Origin: Thalia democratica | Lineage: Eukaryota | Direction of reading: 5' to 3' | Assembly: GCA_965202585.1 (NCBI GenBank) | Contig: OZ241827.1 | Location: 68,448,001-68,512,000, forward strand | DNA: 64,000 nucleotides | Shown: positions 1 to 13,216 of the stretch, piece by piece | Layout: each line of letters starts with the position of its first letter | Position numbering within the stretch: position 1 is the stretch's first letter | Position numbers and translations under genes: made by a program | The notes under the pieces: generated by a model | What the model was told of the DNA's origin: nothing | Seen by the model: only the letters and a program-made list of their open reading frames with translations | Databases searched by the model: none

Positions 1-120
1 GTACTATATTTACAAGAAAGTTGACAAAAAATCACAAGCTATCTGTTTGTAGCTAAAACTTACTAAAAAATCTCAATAAATAATAAAATCTTAATCTAAT
101 AAAAAGTAGTTAAGAGCCGA

Positions 121-452
121 AGTGGGGCCATTAAACTATAATTTGAAACTTACGCTAGAGTTGAAGATTAAAAGCAAAATAAAAAGGTCTTAGGAGTGTT
201 TAAGGATACCTTTTAAACTTATACTAAATATTATTAAAAAAAATAAAATTAGGAGGCCATAAGCAGTAAAAAGGAAGCCATAAAACCATAATCTGAAACT
301 TAATTTAGGTATTCTGGAGTTGATGATGAAAAGCATAAGAAATGGTTTAAAGAGTATTTAAAGGTAGTTGTATGAGAAATTGTTCTGGTGGGTTGATAAC
401 ATTTTTTATTTCTTTAAAGGGCCCATATAAAAAAAAAGTATGCAAAGCCATG
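121..452. mobile_element. Degenerate hAT-like MITE (two tandem internal copies), same family as 42218-42497
   Basis: Shares GGCCATAATTTGAAACTT and AAAAAGGTCTTAGGAGT blocks with 42218-42497 and ~33930-34020. Ends are poorly defined. Confidence 0.5.
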
Positions 453-544
453 GTCTAGCATCATGTAATAAATGCTAAGTTTTGGTATAATTAGGTTTTT
501 TTATTTTTCCTGAAAGACTGGATAAATTAAATAAAAGTAAACAG

Positions 545-1048
545 CAGGGTTGACAAAAAACCTGGAGTCATGGTAAACTTTGAACTTAAGTATTTATGCA
601 AAAATCCGGGTTAAACCTGGAATTTAAAAAGAAAATTATTGCCTAAAATTTTGAGCAAAAGTTACTGAAAAACCTGAAATTTAAAACATTTTTATATGTT
701 TTACAATGAAATATTGATAAGATATGAAAAATCAATCTATTCAGGGTTGAAAAAAAAACTGAACACCTGAAAATAGTCTAGAAAAACCTAGAATTTTCTA
801 CAACTTTAACATTTCATGTAGTAAAATTTCAATTTGACACAATAAATCTATCCTAAAGGTATTTTTTTGTCAAAAAACATTTAAAGTAGCTTTACAGTAT
901 CTATTCAATGTTTTTATACTATTTAACACTGTGTTTTACCTTAAACTGAACTTAAACTAAAAATAAACCCAAAAATATGTACTTTCAAAAACCTCTAGAA
1001 AATTTTGAAAGACTGGAGAAAATTTGCCAAAAACATTTGGCAAACCTG
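545..1048 (+). mobile_element. MITE family A (CAGGGTTG.. termini, internal AAAACCTGGAA repeats)
   Basis: Starts CAGGGTTGAC and ends GGCAAACCTG. Collinear with the copies at 35397, 40320 and 44029. Confidence 0.75.
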
Positions 1049-1460
1049 TCTACTACAATTTTTTTATACATTTATATTTTTGTTTCTTTATGAAAAATTT
1101 TTTACAAGAATTGTAAAGGTTGCAATGTGATAAAAAAATTTCACAACTCACTAAAACATTTTTTAACTGTTCAAAATTCAGGTTTAATTGTTTGCTAACA
1201 AAAGATCTATGCTTCTATTCTCTCATTACAGTAATTATTTTTTTACAGAACCCAGTTGAAGTGTGTTGATTCGTTGACACACAGAAACATATGTTGGTAG
1301 AATAAAGGAAGATTACTGTATAATTTGTTTTTATAAAACATTTTTTATAGTTTTTATAATATCTAAAATATCTAATATCTTAAGTTTATATTTACTTATA
1401 AAGAACTTGTTTGGTAGAGTTTTATCTCAGCTATCAGACATTTAAAACCATATGGGTTAA

Positions 1461-2064
1461 AAGGTAGTCAAGAGCCAGATTTAAAAAATCAAGTTATTTG
1501 TTGGTTGCAGTCGTAGTTTTAGTTTTTGCTCTTCATAGCAGATCCGAACTATCTTGTGTGAGTTTCAAATTTTCTGTTAATTTAAAAACCTTTTCTTTTG
1601 CCCATCACTTCCAACCTCAAAATACCAGTTAAGTTTAATTTTTTGGGCCACATTTGCATGCTGACAGGCCACAGGTTATGCCCTTCATAAGCTGCAGTTT
1701 ATGAAAATGTTTAAAAAAATAAAATATTTATGTTTTTTTTTATGTATAGATTCAAATTTTTAATAATTTAAAATACTTATATATTTACCTAAAGAATGCT
1801 TGCCAAAAATTTGAGCTATCTAGCAAAAAAAAAGAGAAAATATATATTTTGTAAGTTTTTAAATTTGAGAGAAAATTGACAATGAAAAAATTTGTTGTGT
1901 ATACTTCTATATCAAAAAGCTTTTAACAACATTCAAAACTTGCAAAACTTAATTAAAATTTTTAAGTTCCTTAAAAATTGGCTTGAAATTTGTACTTGAA
2001 AGTTTTATATAACAGCTAATGTAAATTTTTAAAAATAATGAATAAATGCTAGACCCCTATGGCC
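1461..2064 (-). mobile_element. Kolobok-like non-autonomous element, related to 39462-40117
   Basis: The reverse complement of 1980-2064 (GGCCATAGGGGTC..AAGTACAAA) matches the 5' ends of the 39462 and 57638 copies. TTAA lies at 1457-1460. Confidence 0.55.
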
Positions 2065-5000
2065 TAAATTTCTAAAAACTTTTGAATTGATACCAAAAAA
2101 GTTAACCAATATTGAATAAGAAATGAAGTACTATAAGCATAAAAATAGTTATTATTACTAGCATACAATGTTTATTCACTTTCCCGGACATGTTGGGCAA
2201 AATTTTCTATAAACATGTCTGGATAAGTACAAAAACATTTTCTTTATAAAATGATACAACTGCTTGTATTATGCATAAAAAATAATAAATTCTCAGCTCA
2301 TCTTTTTCTGCTAAAGTTTTAATTTTTCTTTGGTTTTCAAAATGTTGTACAAAGTCAACCTGCAGATGCTAAACTGCTTAATTATAAAATACTTTAGCAC
2401 ATTTTTTACCATTTTACAAACTTGGTATCATTATTAATGCAAGTCATTTAATTCTTTTTTGATGTTTTGTCCATTTCCAAAACCTGGTATGTTGAATGTG
2501 TCAAACTTTTATGATAAACTTACAAATAAAAGTTTAAAAAAAATCTCATGAACCTCATCTTAATCAAAAAGTGTTTGAATTAAGAATAAAACATAAAATA
2601 ACTGTTATACATTCATCTTCAAAAAAATCTCAGAGTATAATCAACTATCAAAAAAGCTTTAAAAGTTTTAAAGTAATATTTTAAATAACATAGTGTAAAA
2701 AAAAACTTTAAAACTGACTTACTTTACATACAAGGGTTTTTGATAACTAAACAAGTTTCAAACTAAGTTTTAATGTAAGCTTTAGTAGTAATATTATGTC
2801 ATAATAGTGAATTAAATTGAAGAACTTATAAAATCACTTAAAACTTGCTTACAACTTGAAAGCATGTATCACACAAAAATGTTTGACAAATATTAACTTT
2901 TTCAAATTTTTTTCTTAACTGAAAGTGTACAGATAAGTGAGTGTCTGGATAATTGAAGTCCCAATAAGTGTATAAGTACTATGCTAGATAAAATAGAATA
3001 ATCTATAGTTTTTATTGTACAATTATAATGCAGATTTTTTTCAAGTAGTGCTTCTTCATAATGTAAAATAAAAGTTTTACACTAAGACATTATAATACAA
3101 AATATTTGCTGTTTTACAATCCTTTAAAAACTTTTATTAGTAAATATGTTAAAATCTTCCACCTTAGTTGTTACTTATTCAATTTTTTTTTTAATAAATA
3201 AAACTTAAATTATAATTTCAAAAATATGATTAAAGGAGTTAAGTTATTTTGACTACAAATGTTTTTTGAATATTTAAAGTTTCTGATTTGATTCTTAGTT
3301 TGAAAATTAGCAGCTTGAAGTTTCTGATACTTAATGAATGTTCTTAATTATATAGACTTTACAGTTTTTTGTAGTATATAATTTGAATTTGTTACATTTA
3401 GTATCAGTGATGGAAAGATTTAACAAATAAAAAGTTGACTTCTTCAATAAAGTCACCAAATTCAATTAAGTTTGTAACTTATTCTTTACATAGTTTCCTT
3501 TTTTGAAGTTTTTTTGAGTTATGTACTTTTGTTTGTACATTGTATGCACAAGCAGCTTTAAGATTACAAAAATCTTTCAATGTAATTTTATTAATGTGAA
3601 AAAACATTTAAAAGTCTGACATTCAATGAATTTTTAAATTTGTAACTGTAAAGTTGTGAGTTAGCATGTTAATTTTTTAACTTTCTTACTGGTTCAACAT
3701 CTATTTTTTGTTATAAAAACAGTCTTATATTTTAGATGGGAACCACTTGCAACTACTTTAGTTAAGTGAGGCACAACGAAACTGACAAACTATTTTTTAA
3801 TTAATTAATTAGATAAAGCATAATTAGCACTAGTAACATTAAACTGGGGGCTCCCACACTAAGGATAACATAGACTAGTTTAAATTTTTTGAAAAGCGCA
3901 GGTTGATTCAGGCTTGTTTGATTTTTTTTTCTAAAAAACTTGAGCTAGTATGGATATTTTTTTTTAATTTCAAGCCAGGTTTTTGGACTAAAATTTTTCT
4001 TAATTTAAAAATATCTTTATATCAACTCGTTTTGTTATTATTTTGGTATTTTAGGTGTTTAAACTTGATAAACTGTTTGTTTTTAATTTTTGAGCAATTT
4101 GTTATTATGTTTTCACCTAAATTCAGTCTATTTTTTATCACTCAGGTTGCTTTTTTGCGAAAAAGTGTAGTAATTTAGTTCACTTAAATTTTTGCAATTA
4201 TTTTTATTTGAAAGGCAATCAATGTCAAAAAGAATTTTGATTTAACATTAAGTTTATAGTCATCAAGTTTCCGTTTTAAAAACTAGAACAACTTTGTGAT
4301 AGCTAGACTAATAAAAGATTCTAAGAAGTTTTTTATTAAGTAATTTAAAGTAGACATTTTCTAAGTTATGTAGAATGAAAAGATTGCAAAGATTAGGAAC
4401 CATATTTTTTTATGTACAGTAGCTCTCTGTTTTGTTCAAAACTTAACTTCTTGCTAAAATAACTTTTTAATTTCTCTTACATTTTTAAAATCAATATAAA
4501 AGTAAGTTCTTTTTTTTTTAATTAAAAATGTAAATTTATTCTAATGTAAGTTACTGAGAATTTTATGATTTTTTTTCAGTCACAAATTTTATATTTTTTA
4601 AATTGTTTTCTGATCTAAAATTCTACTTTTAGTGTATTTTTTTCAGTTTTATTGTTTGTTATAGCTATTTTTATTTTTTAATAAATATATTATTTTTAAG
4701 AGTAGTATCAGTTTTTGCATTTTTATTTACTGATGATTTCAGTAGTTGAATATTTGTTAATTTCTTCATGTTTCATTTTTTATTTTACCTGAAAATTTTA
4801 GTCAAATACTGAAAGTTAAATAAATAGTATAAAAAGAGATTAGTTACTATTGATTTGAAACCAGGCTTCAATTTTTTACAGATGCAACAACTGAAATATT
4901 TATATTGATAAATTGGTAAAAAAGTAGTTTTAAGTAATATACTAGCAATTATATAACAAGAAAAATATTTTTTAAAGTTAATTATTATTTTATTTAAAAC

Positions 5001-5422
5001 TCTATTACAAAAAATGTTAATTATTTGTTTTATACACAATATACTTTACACTTTTACACAATATGTGAAATAAAAGGAACTATTAAAATTAGTGATTTAG
5101 TTTCTAACAGTAATTGCTTTTTTGCTTTCGTTTACTTTTATGAGCTTCTAAGAAAAGTATACTTAAATGAACATAGTTTGAAAAGCAATTTTTTTATTGC
5201 TAAAAGTTTATATTGAATTTTATATGAACTTTTAAGGTTTGAATTTAAAGTTTGCTCTACACATTTAAATAGTTATAAATCTAGTTTTGTAATAGAAAGT
5301 ATAAGTTTTCTGAAACTAGCGTTTTTGTTATGATAAAAAAATTTGATCAAAATTTTACTTTTTACAAACTTATTGTTTTTACTAACATTTTTAATTCAAT
5401 AATACAAAGTTTGTATAACAAG

Positions 5423-6524
5423 TTTCCGGCCAGCTTCACGTTCCCCTGCAGCCAGGCTCTGAGCAGCCCGCCGGCAAGGAGGGGGTCATCCGTAAGCAGT
5501 TCCAGCCCGCGAGTTCACATGGCCAGCCCAGTGACAAGAAGGTGGTCAATTTTTTTATGAATAAGATTAAAATTATTATGTAGTACTAATTATGCTTTAA
5601 AACATTTCCACTATGTCTAAAATTATGTTCAAGTTGTAACTAAAATAAACTTAACATTTTTATTAAACATGAATATTACAGGCCTTCTGCCAGCAAGCCA
5701 AGCCCTTCCTCCCACCACTCCAGTCCCTCGGTGCACGTGAGGAGCCCGCCGATCGCGAGCGGCAGCAACCAGAGCACTCCGAGGAGGAAGAAGCGGACGG
5801 AGATGGAGCGGAGGAACGCGCGGAATCCGGAGTTCAGGGAGCCGGGGGCGTTCGTGCCCGACTGGAAGAAATTGGAGCCGTACACGTCGATGCGGATCGA
5901 GCAGGAGGGAATCGCGTTCGCAAAGGAGAGGAGGGGGACGACAGCGGGGAGGAGCAGGGTGAGCTACGTGGAGATCAGCGACGACGAGGAGGAAGACGTT
6001 AGTTTGGAAGTAAAAGTTAAATAAAGTTTTTCGATTAACAGTTATTTATTATACATTATATATTGCAGTTATTATTATTATATTTAATTAATTGGAAATA
6101 AAGTTAAAGTTTTTTAGTGTCGTTAGATCTCGATTTGAAATAGATTAATTAAAGTTTAGATAATTTGTTTATTAATGAACATGAGGAGGAATTAAAAATT
6201 AAATAAAGTTTTTCGATAAACAGTTGTTAATTTAAGTTCTAAATGCTATTTTTGTTTCAAATTTAATCACACACTTCAATTCTTATGTAATACTAGTTTT
6301 TTTGTTTTTTTATTTGTTTTGATTACTTTTGTTTATATTACTTAATTTACACAGTTGGTGAAGTATGCAAATCTTTAAGAAAATAAAATTTTTCCAAGTG
6401 GTTTTCTTTTAGCTTTGCAATAAATGTACTAAAGTTGAGACAATTGGTTAATTGAAAATTACATGTTTTTTAGGACGAGGAGGAGATGTACGAGTATAAT
6501 GGATCGGTGAAGCAGGAGAAGTAG
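5423..6524 (+). CDS. 3' exons of a Ser/Pro-rich, basic/acidic low-complexity protein (5' end unresolved)
   Basis: GC-rich exons 5423-5541, 5682-5997 and 6474-6524 join in phase through GT-AG introns (486 nt): ..MASPVTRR|PSASKPSP..RRKKR..VSYVEISDDEEED|DEEEMYEYNGSVKQEK*. Confidence 0.75.
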
Positions 6525-7337
6525 GATGGTGTCTAGGAAATAAGATTAAGTTTTTTGGATCAAGTACGATATACAAATGTAATATAATGTTGATCTTTTA
6601 TAAAACTCTCAAAAATGAGATAATGCAGCTGAGTTTTATTTGATTGGTGTTTTAGGAAATAAGCTTAAGTTGTTTTTAAAATTTTTTACTGATGTTCTAA
6701 TTCCTGTGCTGATAAAGTTTCTAAAGTATAAGTTGCTGATTTAAAATATTTTTTAATGTTTTATGTTGATCTTCTTAAAGTCGGACAAAAATGAGAAAAT
6801 TATTTTATTAATTAAGTTTTAAATTTTAAAAATTAAAATTTTTGCTTTTCAGTTTTGCTATAATTTAAGATTAATCTTTATGTTAATTTAAAATATTCAT
6901 AGGTTTTATTTTGATTTATGCTGACCTTTTAAAAATCTTTCAAAATTAGAAAAGTTAATTAGTTGGAATTCAAAAAAGACAAGTAAGTTTTTGGTTTGTT
7001 ACTATAAAAGATTATTTTTAAGTTTATATGTATGCAACAGTAAAACTTAAAAATTCAATAACTTTTTTATGATGTAACAAATTAAAAGTATAAGTAGTAG
7101 AAAAGTTTACATTCTTTTTTACTAGTTTCTTATTTAAACTTATGCATAGTAGTTTTATTTACCAAGCTGCTATGACAAATTATGACACAGAAAATTTTTA
7201 TAAAGTTTTTCGATAAACAGTTGTTTGTTTTAATTGTAAACGCTACTATTTTAAAATTTTTCTACACACTTCAATTCTTATGTAATACTAGTTTTTTTTT
7301 TGATTACTTTAGTTTATACTACTCAACTTACACAGTT
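6201..7337 (+). repeat. Local ~140-150 bp duplication (6201-6356 vs 7199-7337)
   Basis: Both copies contain AAAGTTTTTCGATAAACAGTTG and CACACTTCAATTCTTATGTAATACTAGTTTTTT. Confidence 0.8.
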
Positions 7338-8177
7338 AGTAAAGTTTCTTGGAAAAAGTTATCGCAGTTTAATCGTTTACTTGGAAATTATGTTTTTTTT
7401 TTCAATCATGTCGGTTGGAATTGATTTAAATGACATTCACTATTAGCTGACGTGTCTAGAAAAACTTTTTAAGTAAAGTATGTATCACATGATTTTTGTC
7501 AAACAACTTAACTTTGTACTTTTAACTTGAAAACATCCAAAAGCTTGTTTTACCAAAACATTTTTGCCGCTTCATATATTGTCAAACACGACTGCAGTAG
7601 ATTTTAAAAGTTTTTTTTACCAGAAGCTAAATTTTTATTTAACCGCTTGTTAATTAAGTTGTATAAATTTATTAGATATTTGTATTTTAAAAGTTTTGAT
7701 ATTTTCATGCTTTGATACAATTGATAATTAAAGTTGTTTTGATTCCTTTTTTAATGTATATTAATAAAATATTACGGAAAAATAAATATTGTGCTTTATA
7801 TGCCTGCTAGTTAAAAGTAATATGCCTTAAACTTAGATATTATTTTTAGCCATTAATTTTGAAAATTAAAGTCTCATGTATTTGTTTTAATTAAAACTTT
7901 GTTTAAACTATTACATATTTTTATACCTGTTCAATAAGATTTAAAGCTATTTATATAAGTTCATGTTTTTTATGTTTAGAAAAAGTTTTCTCTAAGTTGG
8001 TGAAACTAATTATAAAAACACTTGTTTTGAATTTTTACATTAGTATAACCTAAAAGTTCAATTAATAACGTTTATAGATAAGCACTTAATAAGTTTTTTT
8101 ATCTAACATTTTAAAATTATTTGTTGTACTCATTTTGAGTCTAGCAGAGCTATTCAAATATTTGTTTGTCTCTAGTC

Positions 8178-8529
8178 AAGGGCTTCCCAAACTTTTTTTC
8201 AAATAGTCCCCTTAAATAAATTGAAAAAGCCATGACCCCTCCGACTAGGCTACTCAAAAAAAAAAAACTACCATTAAAAACACCTAAGACCTTTTTTTTT
8301 GCTCTTCATCTGCAACTCAAGTATATCTAGTGTACGTTTTAAATTATCACCTCAGGGTCAAATATGCATTAGCAAGCTAAAATTAGTAAAATAGTAAGCT
8401 AAAAAGTAGAAATTATATGACTGCCTCAAATATTAAAAAATCCCCCCTTCAGACCCTTTACTAGTTATTGCCGCCCGACTTGCTAAAATTTCCCCCAGAG
8501 GGCGGTATTGCCCACTTTGGGAAACCCTG
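8178..8529. mobile_element. hAT-type MITE with perfect 8-bp TSD
   Basis: TIRs (A)AGGGCTTCCCAAA / TTTGGGAAACCCTG. TSD CTCTAGTC at 8170-8177 and 8530-8537. Confidence 0.85.
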
Positions 8530-10675
8530 CTCTAGTCCCTTTTTGGCGATTTTAGTAACTAGAGTGGCTACAATAATATAATAAAAAAATTCTGTTCTAG
8601 TAAAACGTTATACTTCTCAAAATTTAAACAGAACTTTTTGTCTTAATTAATCAAGAGGTTTTGTTAGTTTCAAACGCTTTTATTATAACAAACTCAAATT
8701 AAGATAGAATGTATCTAAAACCTTATTTAGACTTGATTTTCATTTAAGTTATCCAAAAAAAGTAACTAAGCTTTAATCTACATAGCATCGTAAGCAATAG
8801 GCTTCTTTAAAACATATAATACTATGTAAGTTAATATATAAATAGAAATATATTAACTAATTACAAAAACTTAAATTCGTTATAGACTTATACGACTAAC
8901 TTTGTATTAACATATTTGTTTTATGTTTTCAATTTTATAAGTTCTAGTATTTTAAAACCAAGTAAAACAATAGATTAAGTAAATGAGAAGCCATACTATG
9001 AGTTTATTCATTGTTTAGTTGAAGAAAAAAGAGTACTATTTTTGTGTGGTTAGCAAAGTTAAACTTTAGAAACAGTGTCACGAAAGGCAGTTTACAGCTA
9101 TTTTGTATAAATTTTTTTTGTTAACCTTAATTATAGTTTTACCTTGATTTTGAATAAAAATACTGTATTGATTTTTCAAAAGCGAATAGTATCTTTACTC
9201 ATTTGTTTGTACACTTTACTAAAAGATACTTTTTATGTTATTGAAATATTTTTATTAATGCAGCTTTAGGTTAAAACTTGTTTAAAAATTAACTTTACTA
9301 ATGCTTTAAAAGTGAAAATCCAGAATAAATTTTGTTTGTTATTTTACAAGAAAAAGTAACTGTGTAAAATAAAAATTTAAATTATTACGATTACTTTTCG
9401 AGTATTAATACAACATCTATCAAAAACTAATTTAGCTTTCATTAAATTAGTACAATAAAAATAGAGCTAAATTATAAGTTTGTTATGAATATATTCCCTC
9501 AACTGATATGCTAAACGATTAAAAAATAAAAAAATAATTACGTTTTTGACATTGGAATTTAAAAATATTATATTTGAATGATCAAAACTCATTAACAATT
9601 TATAAGTTTTGTAAATGAACTATAGTTGTACCATCGGCACAGTTGCTAAAAATAAAAAAACAAAATTTAACAACATTGAACACATTTCGATATAAATTTT
9701 TATTTATTAACTGTAAAAGTAAGCATTTTCATTTTGGTGTTTGTTCTTTCTTTAAACAAAAAATCACTTGAAAAATTTTGTGTAGAAAATATTTAAACTT
9801 AAAGGCATAGCTCAAAAGTGTTGTTTGTTATGACATAAGCCGCTTAGATACAAATGCTTTATGCACCTTATAAAATATTAAAATACAACAAATATCTGAA
9901 AAATATATGACTTAGTGTTAAAAATGTTTACTAAAAACCCTTAATTGTAAATATACGATTTCTAAACAGCATATTTAAAAGTATAGTGATAGTTTATAAG
10001 CTTTTGATCAAAACTAGAATGCTTAAAATCAAACATGTAACATTTTAAAGTGTACGCCAATTAGGTGTATAATTTATAAATGTGAGTTTATAATATAGTT
10101 TTGTAAAACAATTATAAACAAACATTAAAGAGATAATAACGGAAATAAACTTTAAACTGTTAAACAAAAAAAAAACTAATACATAACATACGCACCAAAA
10201 TTCAAAACATGGATAAAGTATTATTATAAACAAAAGCGTGTTATAAATTATCGTCAAAACTATCTATTTACGCAATATTATTTTAAACATCCGTGTTTTC
10301 ACAACTAGGTGTTATTTCCTTGTAACTCAGAAAATTTGACAAAATACATAAAATTTCAAACTTAATACTTTTTTTTTCTGCTTTGGAGCAAGTTTGTGAA
10401 AAAAACGAGCTCAATTTGTAAAACATCAGTGTCAAAATAACATAACTGCGTTAACATTTTTGCAAAAACAAAAACATCATGTTTGTTTACAGCAGACAAG
10501 TTGTTTTTAAAGGATTATATTGTAACGTAGATCGAGTTAGAAAAAACAAAAACACTTCTAGTATATAAGCAGTATACGAGTTAGCAAAGTATTAATTAAA
10601 ATTGAGTAGTCATAGACTAAAAAGTAATTTCAGTAAAAGACCAGTTTTACATTCACTAAAAAATATTCTATAAAA

Positions 10676-11131
10676 ATGTCAGATCAACAACGTGTTTTGA
10701 TTCAATTAAGTTACTATAAACGCTTGCTTGCCCTACTCTTACTCAAGAAGGGTTTTTGTGCAGCAGTTAATTGCTACGTATCTCTTTTACTCATGGTAAC
10801 AGTTATTATTAGCTGGCCATTCGTGGTGACATTTCTCTACTTGCAAGGCGACAGTGCGTACACGATAGTGGTAATTTCTATCGTGTTTCTCACAGGAGCA
10901 GTGGTGTGGTTCATGTTGATAAAAACCTTGCTCGATTTCTACTTCACACCGTCAACTGGTAGCGTAGCAGTTTCTTATGAAAACAAAGCAAATGTATGCA
11001 AGTTGTCTCCTGAAGTAATTCAGCATTATGAGAACGTAATAGCGTCAAAAGATGACTTTGTGACGTCAGAATCAGAAGGAAAAGACCCGTATGACATTTC
11101 AGTACCTACAAAGTTTCTAACAGCGGTCTGA
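10676..11131 (+). CDS. Intronless 151-aa protein with about two TM helices and a C-terminal T-x-V motif
   Basis: ATG in AAAAATG context, GC above the flanks, two long hydrophobic segments, ends FLTAV*. Confidence 0.6.
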   Translation: MSDQQRVLIQLSYYKRLLALLLLKKGFCAAVNCYVSLLLMVTVIISWPFVVTFLYLQGDSAYTIVVISIVFLTGAVVWFMLIKTLLDFYFTPSTGSVAVSYENKANVCKLSPEVIQHYENVIASKDDFVTSESEGKDPYDISVPTKFLTAV

Positions 11132-13216
11132 ACTTAATCAAAAAACTTTTTGTAATATTTTTACAAAACTTTTTTCTGCTTTTCTCAACTTTTTTTTATG
11201 GATATTTATAATTAAAGATTAGTGTTAACATTTTAACGTATATTTTTTTAATATTTATATCAAGTTTTATGTTTGAATGTTTTGCTTTGTCTTTATTTCA
11301 AATAACAAATAATTTTTAGTAAACTTAAACTTCGTTACAAATAAACTTTGTGTTAAAAGTAAGTTGTACTAAAACGTAGAGTAATTTTTTTGTTAGAAAG
11401 TAGCTTTGGTGTAAAATTATCTTATTTAGGAAAATAAATAGCATCAGTTTGTAAATAATCAGTTTAAAAAACAACTGAAAGTACAAACGGTTTTGCATTA
11501 ACATGTACATATTTTTAGCTAATTGCTAGAAGCTGTCTAACTTAATTTTAAGTTTCAAATGATCATTTCAAATTTAAACCTTACTGGCTAAAAAACTACA
11601 GCCATGCAAATTTTTTGACACAAGCTTGTGTTATACTATTTATAGATGGTATAACACAAAACTGCAAATAAATATATAAAGCAGTAATACAGAGTTTAAC
11701 ACGTTAAAAAATGTATAAGTGTTTCAGTTATGTTCATATTTAATAATTTAGCTATGCTAGTTTTATAAAACGTAAACTTTTTTTCGTAAACTCATCACTT
11801 AAAATGTAGTACTTTTATATTTAAAAAAAGTTGTTTTTATACTGTAAGTTTTTGTAAAACTAATCTAGTAAATTTATTTGAGATAAATAAAGTTTAAAAA
11901 AAAGTTTTACCATTTTAATGCATATAATTACTTAGAACAGTACTGTTTTTAGTCAAATACCTTAAGTGCTTTAAATTTATAGTTAAATTGATAATAAATT
12001 GTGGCTCTTAGCTTATTTTTAACGTAAAAATATTATCAGTATCTACTTATAAGACTGATTATAAGTATTTGAATGCTTTTTTTGTGTCCATAAAGTAGAT
12101 ATAAAGTTATGTAGTTTAAATTTACAAAAAATTATGCTATGCACTGCAGGCATAAAATGCAGTCAAAATTTTTCTTTAAAAAAATTTAGGTACTTAAATT
12201 ATATTTGTACAAAGAAAGCTGACTACCTACTTTTTTGTCAATCTATTGTGATAAAATGCAAAAATTTACTAAGTCAATCGTAATGTTTTATGAATAATAA
12301 CTTTTTAAACTAAAAAATTAAAAAAGAATTTGCATCGGTAACAATTTTCTATTGTTCATAAAGTGTCATTATAAGCTAAGTATGTTTTGTTATTTAAAAC
12401 GTTTTCAGTCGTTTTATTAGTTTTAGCACAAAATTATAAGAAAGCTTTCAAGTTGCTTGTATGCAAGTTTGTACACTTATAGAACATTTTTTAATTTCAT
12501 AAAAACACGTAAGTAATTTTAAGCGCACAATAGTGTAATATATTTTGTATTAAAAATTATTAATTAAGCGTCAACAAATAGACAATAGAAAAGCGTGTAG
12601 CATACGTCATTTATTGCGTTTAGCGATTACATATACAACAAATGATTTCCTTTACCGCTAAATAAGCAGTATAGTTTTGCATAAACATTTTTAAAGGTTT
12701 TTGTGAGTCTTATTTTAACATTTTAGTCGTTACATATAGTTTTGTCATACAATTTTTTTTTTTGCAAAGTATGATAGTTTGAAGAAAGTAAGTAGTGTTT
12801 TATATTTTTCTTTAACTTTATCAAGTACTTATTATTACTATTCAGATGAAAGGTGTTTGTTAACCTGCAAATTAAGCAAAATATTATTTTTATGTTTTAA
12901 CTTTATGTAATAATTAAAATCAACTATTTTTTTCATTGAAAACTGTAGTTAGATTTTACATGTTTCGTTATATTAAAAAAGCAACAGTCAAATTTTGTGT
13001 ATTGTTTTGATCTTGTTTTTTCTTAAAACTTTTTATACAGCAAACATTATGCAGCATCCGCAAAAAAACGTTTTTTGTTATCGTAATTATAATATTAGTG
13101 GTTTAATGTATTTAAATATTGTTTATTTAGTATTGCATTTACTCAAACTGTACTTTCTTATTGACATCAACTTTAATTTTAGTTAACTATAAATTAATTT
13201 GATTCACATTTAAGTA

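Noticed and set aside
1249-1296. Candidate upstream exon for the 5423 gene
   Set aside because: Ends in phase 2 while 5423 starts in phase 0, and no bridging exon was identified.
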